A stretch of DNA of 64,000 bases from a virus. This document shows positions 28,877 to 39,200 of this stretch, one piece after another (position 1 is the stretch's first letter; the number at the start of each line of letters is the position of its first letter). The translations under genes and the position numbers were made by a program. Under the pieces are notes generated by a model, which saw only the letters and a list, made by a program, of their open reading frames with translations, made no database searches and was not told where the DNA came from. The stretch is taken from the IMG/VR virus record IMGVR_UViG_3300044641_005643. One strand, written 5' to 3'.

Positions 28877-29413
28877 TTAAATTCCTTGAGCTGCTTGTGC
28901 AGGTGCTTGGGCATCTGTTTTGTACATGTTATCGTCAAGTCCTTCTTCATAGGCAGACTCCATTTCTTCTACATCCACAGTACCTGATTCCAGTTCCAAA
29001 CTACCTTGATTGATTTCCTGCATCAGTTTCTTGGGCATGACAATTTCAACAAGCCATATAGGAGTTTTTGCCAATTTAGGAACTCTAGTACCGGGCTGAA
29101 AATCGTTTTGATCTTTGACCTTGATAGGATATTCTAGTATGTCTTTTTTGTACTTGATTTCGCAACCATAATCTAGCAGACGTTCGCCACCTCTTGGATC
29201 AGGCATTTTTTTATAGGGCCACATAAATGTACAAACCACAAAGTATTTTTCGTACTTTGGGCCTTGTACCAGCTCGCCGCGCTTCCAGTTAGCAAATGCG
29301 TAGATGTCTAACCCGTCAATCACACGCTCAAAATCTAATAGTGTATTGACTGCGCTATCAGTCAATGAAATATCTTTAATATTTTCTAGTACATCGTTTA
29401 TATTTGTAGCCAT
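28877..29413 (-). CDS. conserved hypothetical protein
   Basis: 178 aa, MPDPRGG motif, TAAATA upstream. Confidence 0.7.
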   Translation of the reverse strand: MATNINDVLENIKDISLTDSAVNTLLDFERVIDGLDIYAFANWKRGELVQGPKYEKYFVVCTFMWPYKKMPDPRGGERLLDYGCEIKYKKDILEYPIKVKDQNDFQPGTRVPKLAKTPIWLVEIVMPKKLMQEINQGSLELESGTVDVEEMESAYEEGLDDNMYKTDAQAPAQAAQGI

Positions 29414-29640
29414 ATAACTTCCAATATAAGTTATTTAGCGAATCAAGATTTGATTTCTAAATTGAAATTTTATAAGGTTTAAGCCTAGCTTAATACTTAG
29501 TGTGTAATTTAATCCATAAAAACACAATTTAAGCCCTTGTTCTACAAATTAAATAGAAGCGTGGACTTGATAAAAAAGGTTGCCAAGCCCACTACAGGGA
29601 CAAGGCAATGACGGATCCACCAACCATAAAGGAGGAAGTC

Positions 29641-30357
29641 TTGAGCAAGCGCCGTAAAAGCGAAGCAGCACAATTGCAAGTAGTACAAATAGATTCATAC
29701 CAAAAACAACGCCGTACCATTCAATTAATTCCCAAAAGCGTCAATCAAGAAACTTACATAGATCTTTTACAAAATCCACAACGCCTAATAGTTTTTGCCG
29801 CAGGTCCGGCAGGCACAGGAAAAACTATGCTGGCTGTGTTGGCTGCGTTACAAGCATTTAGAGCAGGCGAATGTTCTAAAATTGTTATAACCAGACCCGC
29901 AGTAGGCGTTGATGACGAGCAACACGGATTTTTGCCGGGCACACTTAATCAAAAAATGGAACCATGGACTAGACCAATTTTTGACATCATAGAGGAATAT
30001 TATAGACCACAAGAGGTATCGCGTCTGCTAGAAGAAAAATATATTGAGATTGCTCCACTAGCATACATGCGAGGGCGGACATTTAAAAATTCGTGGATTA
30101 TTGCAGATGAGATGCAAAACGCGACACCAAGTCAGATGAAAATGCTGCTAACTCGACTCGGCGAAAACTCCAAGATGGTTGTAACAGGAGACACCCAGCA
30201 GGCCGACCGTAGGGCCAAGGACAACGGATTATTGGACTTCCAAAAACTTGTAAAGAATTTTGATAGCCAATACATTGCTGGTGTGGAATTTGCAGTTCGC
30301 GATGTTAGAAGACATCCGGCTGTGAGCGAAGTTCTTAAATTGTACGGGGAGGTTTAA
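29641..30357 (+). CDS. phoH: PhoH-like ATPase
   Basis: GPAGTGKT, RPAV, GFLPG, YMRGRT, DEMQN, TGD; TTG start after AGGAGG. Confidence 0.95.
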   Translation: MSKRRKSEAAQLQVVQIDSYQKQRRTIQLIPKSVNQETYIDLLQNPQRLIVFAAGPAGTGKTMLAVLAALQAFRAGECSKIVITRPAVGVDDEQHGFLPGTLNQKMEPWTRPIFDIIEEYYRPQEVSRLLEEKYIEIAPLAYMRGRTFKNSWIIADEMQNATPSQMKMLLTRLGENSKMVVTGDTQQADRRAKDNGLLDFQKLVKNFDSQYIAGVEFAVRDVRRHPAVSEVLKLYGEV

Positions 30358-30836
30358 AACAACTTATATAATTCGTGCAGGGTGGTGTCAATATTGGTAT
30401 GATGAATAGCGATACCACCGGCTGCTTTCCATTCTATTATATTACTTTGGCGATCGTCAATTAGGATATCACCAGGACGACAGTGATGCCATTTATCTTT
30501 GCTAAATGGCCCAAACATAACTGGTATGCCTTGAAAATGTTTTTGTGCCCACTCTACTTTGTCATAAAAGGCCCACGGTACATCGTTGCCTTTGGGAACT
30601 GCTGTTAAGAATGCATAGTCGTAATCTCGTTTTAAACAAAGCTTGATACATATACGAACTAATTCATCAGCATAGGGTGTCTTTATTAAGTCACGATAAA
30701 TGCGAGGATTTTGAGCTAATTGTTGCCATTTGTCGTTGGGATATACGCCAGCACTCGGGGGAAACCCTAACGTACGATGTGCATATTCGTCGAAGTCTGC
30801 TACAACTCCGTCCATATCTAAGTAAAGTGTATTCAA
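30354..30836 (-). CDS. HAD-family 5'(3')-deoxyribonucleotidase
   Basis: LDMDGVVADF and ILIDDR motifs. Confidence 0.85.
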   Translation of the reverse strand: MNTLYLDMDGVVADFDEYAHRTLGFPPSAGVYPNDKWQQLAQNPRIYRDLIKTPYADELVRICIKLCLKRDYDYAFLTAVPKGNDVPWAFYDKVEWAQKHFQGIPVMFGPFSKDKWHHCRPGDILIDDRQSNIIEWKAAGGIAIHHTNIDTTLHELYKLF

Positions 30837-31067
30837 TTATTTTTTCAGTTTGTCATGCACTGCTTGTAGATAAACAGTTTGATTATTGAGCTTATTTTGT
30901 AGAGATCTTACTGTGTCTCGAAGATTATGTATTTCGTGCTGCATACTAATTATAACGTTTTGTTGATCTCTAATTTTAACATCATGCGTCATCAAATTGG
31001 GGCGCGGAGGTGCATTGGGATCCACTGCCCTTTTCTTTTTGACACGCATGGCTTTAAAAATATTCAT
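30837..31067 (-). CDS. hypothetical coiled-coil protein
   Basis: coupled ORF in operon. Confidence 0.6.
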   Translation of the reverse strand: MNIFKAMRVKKKRAVDPNAPPRPNLMTHDVKIRDQQNVIISMQHEIHNLRDTVRSLQNKLNNQTVYLQAVHDKLKK

Positions 31068-31387
31068 ACGTAATATTTATCGCCTGGAACACTTGGAAAT
31101 TTCAGTGCTACAACTTTGGTGTCTTCTAGATAGCGGGCATGATATTCTTCGCCCGGCTCACTGACATAAATATCTCCTGGACCAAATTCTTCACCGTTGA
31201 TTACCATCCTTCCTTCTGTAATCAATTGTACTTCGGTAATTATTTTATGCAGATGCGGCGTATCAATATTACCAGCTTTGTTTGTTGCCCAACAACATTC
31301 AAAATTCTTGGTTCTGACTACTGCTTCAGGAAAGTCTCCTACGAACCAACCACGTGCGCCACTATTACTCAGTTTGTACTTTTTCAT
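31064..31387 (-). CDS. cupin-domain protein
   Basis: HLH...E...GD....PG..H cupin motifs. Confidence 0.75.
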   Translation of the reverse strand: MKKYKLSNSGARGWFVGDFPEAVVRTKNFECCWATNKAGNIDTPHLHKIITEVQLITEGRMVINGEEFGPGDIYVSEPGEEYHARYLEDTKVVALKFPSVPGDKYYV

Positions 31388-31727
31388 CTTTGAGTTCTGA
31401 CTGCATTTGATCTAACATTTGATTGAAGTATTCTGCATCTAATTTGACCATGACTTCAGTAATGTATTTGTGATAGCCTTTAAAAAAATATTTAAAAAGT
31501 TCGTCAAAATTCTTTACATCATTGAATGAATTTTTATCCACAGTTTTGTTTGATAGATTGAGAATGATCTTGGCAGTATAAAGATCTTGATTTCTCAATC
31601 TGGTACTAATTTGCACACGTTCATCGTATTGATAATTGGCAGGATCTTTCATGTAGCCTGCAATGTGTGTTTTGCGAGGATCTCTTGGTCTTGTCACATA
31701 TTGTGCTACGAGGTAAATGTTTTTCAT
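31365..31727 (-). CDS. hypothetical protein
   Basis: coupled to the clamp loader gene. Confidence 0.65.
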   Translation of the reverse strand: MKNIYLVAQYVTRPRDPRKTHIAGYMKDPANYQYDERVQISTRLRNQDLYTAKIILNLSNKTVDKNSFNDVKNFDELFKYFFKGYHKYITEVMVKLDAEYFNQMLDQMQSELKDEKVQTE

Positions 31728-32647
31728 TGTATTTGACTCAATTCAACCAATGTGGCGCTAAGATTGATTTCTGGATCTGCTATTATAGGATGATTGACCA
31801 AGCCTTTTCTGATCAAAAGGATAGCTTGATCTTGTTGTTCCGGGGTTGATCCCCATAGATCCAAGTTTTGATACATCCAGGTAAAAATTTCTTCCATTTC
31901 TTCCGGAGCGGTATGAGTACAAAGCAATGTGCGAGCGTCTCTAACTCGCCCTTGTTTGAACAATTCAATCACTTCCAATTTGTGATCTGCAGATCCGGAC
32001 CCACTAGAAGTTTTTGACAAAATCAATTGACCGCTTACGCTGTTTGTTTGTAGTAGTTTTAAACAACTGCGTAGATCAGGATAAGTGGCTTTAACAAAAC
32101 TATCTAGTGTATCAAGTTCAAACTCAACGCCTTCGTTGATCAGTATGGTAGCAGCTCTGCTAGTAAATTCTGTTTGATCAGATTTATCAATAACAATTTG
32201 TTGGCATCTTGATTTTAGTGGGGCAATAATTTTATGTGCTAGATTAGCAGTAAGAATAAATCTTGCTTGCGCTTGATAAGTTTCAATTAGGCCGCGTAAT
32301 ATTGCCTGTGCGTTATGCGACAAGTAATCGGCTTCATCTAACAGCACAATCTTCAAATCTCCAAAAGGCATAGTACTTACGAAACCTTCAATCTTGGTCT
32401 TTAAGAAATCTACGCCATTATCTCTACTTGCATTGACCTGTAGGAAATCGTAAGGATCAATCTCTAAAGTATTCACAAGTATTTTTGCTAGTGTAGTTTT
32501 ACCTGTGCCTGCTGGACCAGTGAACAACAGATGCGGAATACTTTTTTCTTGAACAAAGTGTTCAATTTGCTCACGTTGTGTGGGGTCAGTGAATACATAC
32601 CCGTCTAGTGTTTGCGGGCGATATTTCTCAGTCCAAAGTTCTTTCAT
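31724..32647 (-). CDS. clamp loader ATPase subunit (gp44/RFC-like)
   Basis: WTEKYRP, GPAGTGKT, NAS, LDEAD, SRC. Confidence 0.93.
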   Translation of the reverse strand: MKELWTEKYRPQTLDGYVFTDPTQREQIEHFVQEKSIPHLLFTGPAGTGKTTLAKILVNTLEIDPYDFLQVNASRDNGVDFLKTKIEGFVSTMPFGDLKIVLLDEADYLSHNAQAILRGLIETYQAQARFILTANLAHKIIAPLKSRCQQIVIDKSDQTEFTSRAATILINEGVEFELDTLDSFVKATYPDLRSCLKLLQTNSVSGQLILSKTSSGSGSADHKLEVIELFKQGRVRDARTLLCTHTAPEEMEEIFTWMYQNLDLWGSTPEQQDQAILLIRKGLVNHPIIADPEINLSATLVELSQIQ

Positions 32648-32844
32648 TGTGTAAGTGCGTTAATAAAGTTTTGCATTGATTGCTGATCTAGCAGTATTTC
32701 GTACTTTTTTTGTTCATCTTGAGAATTTTTAGCATTAAGCCATTGTGTAGTTATTTTAAGATGTCTAAATCCCGGAGGATGTGCGGCATCATTGAGATAA
32801 ACATAAGTTCGAAATCCATCGTTATCATTGATTAAAGTTTTCAT
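32644..32844 (-). CDS. hypothetical protein
   Basis: ATGA overlaps on both sides. Confidence 0.6.
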   Translation of the reverse strand: MKTLINDNDGFRTYVYLNDAAHPPGFRHLKITTQWLNAKNSQDEQKKYEILLDQQSMQNFINALTQ

Positions 32845-33263
32845 TCGTATTGTTCTCTGGTTCGGCGTTCTGCATGTACTGCGGTTGATAGTGTGTGAAT
32901 GTTTTCTGGTTCGTTGTCACTTACAAAAATAATTGCTTCAGGATCCACTCTGCGTATTGTGAGTTCTTGTTGCTGTTTGAATATCTTTGTACCTCGGCTC
33001 CATCTTCCGTGCTCCACAAGCACCCATTGCCCTACACGAATGTCCTGCTGTTCAGGACCAACAGCAAACACTCGCGCCCATCGCGGTCTAATGCCATCAG
33101 TCTTTCCATCATCGCCTAATAATACTATACCGCTGCTTAATTGTCTACCTTCAAAACTCATGTCTGTGACAATAATGTTGTTTCTTAGAGGCCTTATTTC
33201 GCCATCTATGTCTAAACCAAATTGATATCCTCGTTTTTGATCAAACGGATTTTCGACTGCCAT
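32841..33263 (-). CDS. groES: GroES-like co-chaperonin
   Basis: IRPLRNNIIV, SSGIVL mobile loop, VFAVGP, VGQWVL. Confidence 0.8.
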   Translation of the reverse strand: MAVENPFDQKRGYQFGLDIDGEIRPLRNNIIVTDMSFEGRQLSSGIVLLGDDGKTDGIRPRWARVFAVGPEQQDIRVGQWVLVEHGRWSRGTKIFKQQQELTIRRVDPEAIIFVSDNEPENIHTLSTAVHAERRTREQYE

Positions 33264-33274
33264 GTTTTCCTCGC

Positions 33275-33709
33275 TTAAATTCTAGTTGGACCTGGTTTGA
33301 TAGGTTCTGGTTCTTTGGCCGGTTGTGTTTTAGCAACTGAATTGGCTAAACTACCGCGTATGTTTTTAGGTAATGGTGCCACTTCTACTTTGACATCTTG
33401 AGCAGAATCTTCAACAGATTCTGGTTTTTTAACAACCACTGGTTCTTCCCATTCGTCCATTAAATCCTTTTTCGTTTGTTTGGTTTCTTTGGGAATTGGA
33501 ATGTGATCGGACGCCACTGGGGTATTCAATTTGTAGTACTCTGCCATGACCTTTTCTCTAGTGCGTTCAATTTTTCCACCGTGGCCAAGTTCATCTCCAC
33601 GTGCATTTACTTTCATATTTCCCACAGCTATAGAATCTTCATTTTGTGCAATCACAGTATCTATGTTAATAACTTTTCCATTGGCAGTTTTATAAACTCT
33701 TTTACTCAT
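33275..33709 (-). CDS. conserved hypothetical protein
   Basis: AVGNMKVNARGDELG motif; AGGAG RBS and TAAATA. Confidence 0.7.
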   Translation of the reverse strand: MSKRVYKTANGKVINIDTVIAQNEDSIAVGNMKVNARGDELGHGGKIERTREKVMAEYYKLNTPVASDHIPIPKETKQTKKDLMDEWEEPVVVKKPESVEDSAQDVKVEVAPLPKNIRGSLANSVAKTQPAKEPEPIKPGPTRI

Positions 33710-33730
33710 GTAACTCTCCTAGTCGGGTAT

Positions 33731-34249
33731 TTATCGCAAGAATTCTTCAATGTCTAAATCGTAATATATGCTGTTTATTCGATGCACGCCGATCAAGTAC
33801 AACACATAACTGGCCACACTAGATCCTCGACCTACACCCCAAACAACATTGTTGGCTCTCCAGGTGTCCACTAGATATTTTAATTGTCTAAGTAGCGGAA
33901 ACAAATTTCTTTCTTGGTACAATAACAGTTCTTGACCTACTCGTTGCAGTTCTTGTTGTGTGGCACATCGATCCAGTAACCATTTGGCTATGTCTAACTG
34001 TTGATAGTCTTCGGGCATATTCCACTGATCTTGTTTGGTCTTGTGAAATGTTTGCATAGAATAATTGTCGGGAAGAGGATGATATTCTTGCACCAACGGG
34101 AGATCAGCAAACAACTGTTTTACTGCACTATTGTATCTATCCCAATCTTCGACAAAAAATCTATCTAGATCAATGTCGGGGTTTTTGTACAGCAGTTCGC
34201 ATAACTCTGTGCTGGATACATATGTTTGCCCGAAGTTATCATATTTCAT
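33731..34249 (-). CDS. truncated DnaE (DNA polymerase III alpha)-like protein
   Basis: RV..EL...GVGRGSSVASYVLYLIGVH...LDIEEFL matches the DnaE GRGS region; stops before the PDxDxD catalytic motif. Confidence 0.7.
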   Translation of the reverse strand: MKYDNFGQTYVSSTELCELLYKNPDIDLDRFFVEDWDRYNSAVKQLFADLPLVQEYHPLPDNYSMQTFHKTKQDQWNMPEDYQQLDIAKWLLDRCATQQELQRVGQELLLYQERNLFPLLRQLKYLVDTWRANNVVWGVGRGSSVASYVLYLIGVHRINSIYYDLDIEEFLR

Positions 34250-34482
34250 TGAATGTCAATTATGCCTTTGAAATTGTTGTTCTTGGCTTCCATTTCTTCC
34301 ATCAGCTTGCGATTACGTGTATCCATTTCGTAACGATAATTTTCCAAGATCATCTGCATTTGCGGAATTGCGCCCATTGGTCCAAATCTGTAGGCTTGAT
34401 TCAGTTTCTGCGTGAGTTCATTGTATTTCTTGTGCAATTCTTCGGTACTCAAGTTTGATAATTCTGGTACTAACGGGTGCAT
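34246..34482 (-). CDS. hypothetical coiled-coil protein
   Basis: coupled ORF; AAGGAG RBS. Confidence 0.65.
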   Translation of the reverse strand: MHPLVPELSNLSTEELHKKYNELTQKLNQAYRFGPMGAIPQMQMILENYRYEMDTRNRKLMEEMEAKNNNFKGIIDIQ

Positions 34483-34916
34483 TATAAATCTCCTTCTCTC
34501 CTGTTCTCGGAATGATGTACGTCAAATTCACCGCCGGGATAACGAGCTTTTAATTTATTTACGTTTTCCGCAATCACTGCGTTTGGATCTAGATTCAGTG
34601 CTCTACAAGCATTGATCCAGTACCACATGATATCACCCAGTTCGCGCTTCATGTGGAACACATTTTCTTCAGTGAGTGGTTTGCCTTGAAAGTAGATCTT
34701 TTTAGGAATTTCGCAGAACTCTCCAGTTTCTGCTGCTAGTCCCAGTGCTGCTGTTAGTAATAGAGGAACATTGATATCCGGACCGTGTGCTTGAGCCTCA
34801 AAATCCCAATTACCATCCAATTGATCAAGCCTGTTCATAAAGGCGGTTAGATCATTTGATGGCTTTGATGTTACTGCCGCTACAAAATCTTTGTATCGGT
34901 TCAAATCTACAGTCAT
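34482..34916 (-). CDS. mazG: MazG-like NTP pyrophosphohydrolase
   Basis: AETGEF.E and RELGDIMWY motifs. Confidence 0.85.
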   Translation of the reverse strand: MTVDLNRYKDFVAAVTSKPSNDLTAFMNRLDQLDGNWDFEAQAHGPDINVPLLLTAALGLAAETGEFCEIPKKIYFQGKPLTEENVFHMKRELGDIMWYWINACRALNLDPNAVIAENVNKLKARYPGGEFDVHHSENRREGDL

Positions 34917-34966
34917 AAAAAACTCCTAGTTAGCACAATTATAAACTGTGCTGATCTAGGAGTCAA
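34917..34966 (-). promoter_or_regulatory. overlapping terminator hairpin, sigma70 promoter and RBS
   Basis: ACTCCTAG.TCAGCACA / TGTGCTAA.CTAGGAGT inverted repeat plus T run, containing TTGACT-N17-TATAAT and AGGAG. Confidence 0.65.
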
Positions 34967-34980
34967 TTTATTAGAACTAA

Positions 34981-36288
34981 TTATTCGCTGCGTAACCAGT
35001 TCGAAGCTGCTGTACTGTATATAAATCTAGCAGATACATTGCCTGATGAAGCTGTGGTATTAGGGAACCATTGAACATCGGTCATTGAGCCACCTGGGCC
35101 TTTGGAAACCCAAACTGCTGTCAGTGGAGCCAAGAATGAAAGCTGAATTTCTCTTCCATTTTCGGCAGCTGATGGCAATGCTATCCAGGCATTTCCAATT
35201 GTGGCTGAACTTGCTGTGTCGAAGAATAGTGTGCCAAAATTGGTATTGGCAAAAAACATTTGACCGTTGGTCAATGTAACATAAGCAAAGTTTTGATTGA
35301 TTCGACCACCTGTGCCGCTTGTGCTAATAATATTGCCTGCGGTAACGATGTTACCGGCAATTCTGACATCACCTGTAGAAGCACCTATAAAAATGTTTGT
35401 GGCAGCATTGCCTACGCTGACAGTTGTTGCTGACACATTAAAGATATTGGCAACTGCCCCGGTAGTTCTAATGTTTCCGGAATTAATCCAAAGATTTCCA
35501 TTTATATGCACATTACTTGCAATACCAGCACCACCACGTACAACCAAAGCACCTGTAGTTGAGGAAGTTGAATTGATATCAGAACGTACTACAACATTGG
35601 CACCTACTGTGGAATTAATTACATTACCTAGTCTAACATTGCCTTCAACAGTCATGTCGCCAAAAAATTGGGCTTCGATGTTACCAAAAAAGTCTCTGTT
35701 TCTGGTAAGATCTTTGATACCTAGGGTAGCACCGCCATCAAATGTAAAAATTTCAAAAAAGTAATCGTTGGTATTTGCAATTTCTGCTGCGGTAAAAGTA
35801 ATTGATTGACCACTAAATCCTGTTACTGTATCAGGATCTCCCAATGTCAAAATTAGCGGAAACTGTACTAAAAATGCAGAACTTGGATTAGAAATCCATA
35901 ATTTAATACTTGAATAAGAATTCTGTGTATTGGTTGGAAAACTAAAAGTTAGTTGGATTGTGCCAGATAATGTAACTTTTTGGTAGTTACCATTTGTAAA
36001 ATTGATTTGATAAGCACCAGACTGAGTGCCATTGTTATAAAAAGTTTCACGCCAGCTGGTCAATCTTGGGTTTACAATGGCATTTCCTAGTAAATCATTA
36101 CTAAGAGTTGTGTTTAACAGAGCACTTTTAAGCACTGCTTTGTTTTGTAAATCTTCAATTTCTGCTTTGGCAAAAGTTAGATTGTTACGTAGATTAGTAA
36201 AGTTGTCTCTAAAACCTTGACTATCATTATCTTGTCCGGCAACTGGGTAGGTACCGTCGATATTATTCGGGTTAATTTGGCTTGTCAT
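34981..36288 (-). CDS. virion structural protein (tail-associated)
   Basis: N-terminal GQDNDSQGFRDNF coiled coil; G/N/T-rich beta repeats (GALVVRGGAGI). Confidence 0.65.
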   Translation of the reverse strand: MTSQINPNNIDGTYPVAGQDNDSQGFRDNFTNLRNNLTFAKAEIEDLQNKAVLKSALLNTTLSNDLLGNAIVNPRLTSWRETFYNNGTQSGAYQINFTNGNYQKVTLSGTIQLTFSFPTNTQNSYSSIKLWISNPSSAFLVQFPLILTLGDPDTVTGFSGQSITFTAAEIANTNDYFFEIFTFDGGATLGIKDLTRNRDFFGNIEAQFFGDMTVEGNVRLGNVINSTVGANVVVRSDINSTSSTTGALVVRGGAGIASNVHINGNLWINSGNIRTTGAVANIFNVSATTVSVGNAATNIFIGASTGDVRIAGNIVTAGNIISTSGTGGRINQNFAYVTLTNGQMFFANTNFGTLFFDTASSATIGNAWIALPSAAENGREIQLSFLAPLTAVWVSKGPGGSMTDVQWFPNTTASSGNVSARFIYSTAASNWLRSE

Positions 36289-39200
36289 TTATACAAAAAC
36301 TCCATCTTGTGGGAACTTGATATATTTATCTAAAGATTCTGGAACTATCCAAATATCTTTGTTGTTGCTAAATCTGGTACCGCCAGTAACACTGGTTCCG
36401 GGCACGTATCCTTCGCGCATCAGGCAGGTGCCACCGTCAAATGTGGTCTCCGATGTTCTGAATATACCTGTAGCAAAAGTAAATAACTCGTACTGCGGAG
36501 CCGATATTCCGGGCGCGAGTCTATATTGTAATGTAGAAACTTTGTATGTATCGCCAGTGCGTACTTTTACTGTTTGATCTAACAGTATTTCTTGAACAAA
36601 AATCAATCGTACTTCGTCATCGTCGCTTTGATCAAAATGGCTGTATGTTAAATCTGATTGTGCTTCATCAAATCCGTACTCGTCCTCATCTAATCCTATA
36701 TCTTCGAATGGTGTAAATTGAAAGCTCCAGATACCCCCTTGATAATTGATAGTAGAATTAACACCACCAATTTTATCTAGATATCCATAAACAGGATCGC
36801 CTTTGGCATCAAACCATCCATCATTGGGAAAATCAAATCCTGACTGTTTGGCAAAGATTATTCGTTCGTTTTCTTTAATATCTTGCACTCCATCAATTAA
36901 AAAGCTAGATTTTATAATACTTAAATTTTCGCCATCAATTGTTATAAAGGCAGTATCAACTGCATAATCAACAAAAGCTTCTCCATTGATTCTGATAGCA
37001 CCCGAAGCTGCTGAAGTCACATTGGCCGACAGGGTCAGTGTTGTTCCGGTTGAATTTAAATTACTGATAAATGTATTATCAGGTATAACAACACCTACTT
37101 CTCTTGATAAAATTCTCCAACCATAACCAACTCTTACTGTGTTTGATACCACAATAGTATTGGAGTTTGTGACAGCATTTATAATTTGTGTATCAATAAT
37201 TGCCTCTCCAACGTTGAGATTGGGATATTTGTCAAATGTGGTTGGAACACTTGGTAAAAATTGATTGGTATCTATATCAAAGAAACGTGATAGATAATTG
37301 TCCCATTGATATCTATCTGCTACAAAACTCACATAATTCAAATCAAAATCACTGACTTTGACTCTATACGCTATTGTTTTTGATGCTCCTGGTTTGGTGT
37401 AGGCTAACACAACACAACGTATTAGACCCAAAACAGTTCCATCCTCTTGTACGCTAGTCATCCATCGCGGTAATGTGCTTTTGTTAGCATATCCTTTACC
37501 ATTTTCCAATCTGGTTTGCATGTTAGGGAAACTGTTGGGATAGATAACATTATATGACTGGTTGTTGATCAAGAAACTATTTGCTATCGCTAACTGTACT
37601 TCTAAAGGTGGTCCTGGTGTGTTAAAAGTTTGATCGTCTATCAGTTCGGAATAAACTACTTCATATGCAACCGAGCCATCCTCATTCAGGGCTCTAGCAG
37701 TTTGTATATCTTTGAAGTTGATTCTTTTTTTATAATGATTTCTACTGATAGCACTTACAAAACTGTCTGCTGTGCCAACACTCAATCCAGAAAGAAACAG
37801 TGATTTGAAAGTTTTTTGTACTCCAAAATAGGAATCATCTGGTCTATAAAGTAATTCAGTGGGAAATACTGATTGATTTTTTGTCAAATTTTCCCATGCC
37901 TGTCTCTGATCTATATCAGGTAAAGCTCGTAAAAACACATTCTCATATGGAGCTAGACTACGCGGCACTGTGGTAATAGTAAAATCTTTTGCTGCACTGA
38001 TTGAACCGTCGATGGCAGTGGCTCGTACTGTGAAGCCACACTGTTGATCAAAAGTGGTACGTCCGCCATCAATCGCAGTTGAAATGGCATTGCTAACAGT
38101 GCTGACTGATGTTTGTAAAATATTGTTTGAAAATACTAAAATAGTACCTTGTTCAACATAAATTGCCGGGGCCACCTTTATGGTGTTTAAGTCTATGATT
38201 TCAACAAGTTTAGAGCCAGCAGCAACTCCTACACCTTGTACGCTCATACCCACTGTGAGATTTGCTGTTGAAGTTACATTAAGTTCTGCACTTTGCCCAT
38301 CTAGCACAAAATATCTAAAACTTACTCTTCCAATCAATCTGCCCGAACGTAAAAATTTTAAACCTTGCGGTAGTTTTCTAAAAGGATTGTATATGACTTC
38401 GTAAGTTAATTCTTTGCCATAGGTATTGTAAGCTTCAACCTGTATTTCACTTATGGCACCGTTATCTATGGTACCAAGATCAAAAGGTGTTGTCCATACT
38501 ATTTCTTCATTTACATCTCGTTTGACCTGCAATGAAAAATTAACTTTACCACTTGTTATGGTAGGCGAAGTTGTTCTTTTGGCCTCTACATTAAATGAAT
38601 AACTTTTGATATTTTCAACTTGATCAGGCAATACTCCCTGTACCCAGCCAGTATTAATATCAATCACCAATCCAACTGGTAGTCCTTCTTCGCCCTGATC
38701 AAACAAAATACTGTCATAGCCGGTTGTGATTGAAATAAATTGAACAAAAATTGTGTCGGTAGTGGCAGGAGTCAGTGTGGTAAAAATTAACAATGCTCCG
38801 GTCACTGTATAATCAGTGATTGCTGTTAGTCTGACATCATTTACAAAGACTACAATTCTAGATGCATTAGCAGGAACCTGATCCAGCACATATTGATTGG
38901 GCGCCATAGATCCATTTGTGCCATTCCCGGCCAAAGTTTGATTCACTGCTTCATCCAAATCATCCATGCCTGATACATCAAGTTCATCAATTTCCCATGA
39001 AATGTCTTGATCTTCAGCATCGTAAGCAATAAATTTATAAGCAAAGGTGCTGCCCGACACCAGAATAGGCAAGGATTCTGGATTGTTTAGAATAATAGGA
39101 TAATAGTTGTTGTCGGCATCAACACTGATAAATGTATTGTTAATTAATGTAATATTATTGTCTGCGCTATAATTGCCCTTGCTGACAACTAACAATCTAA

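Noticed and set aside
29414-29640. Replication origin or Pho box in the divergent AT-rich spacer before phoH
   Set aside because: No iterons or convincing tandem CTGTCAT-like repeats; explained by divergent promoters
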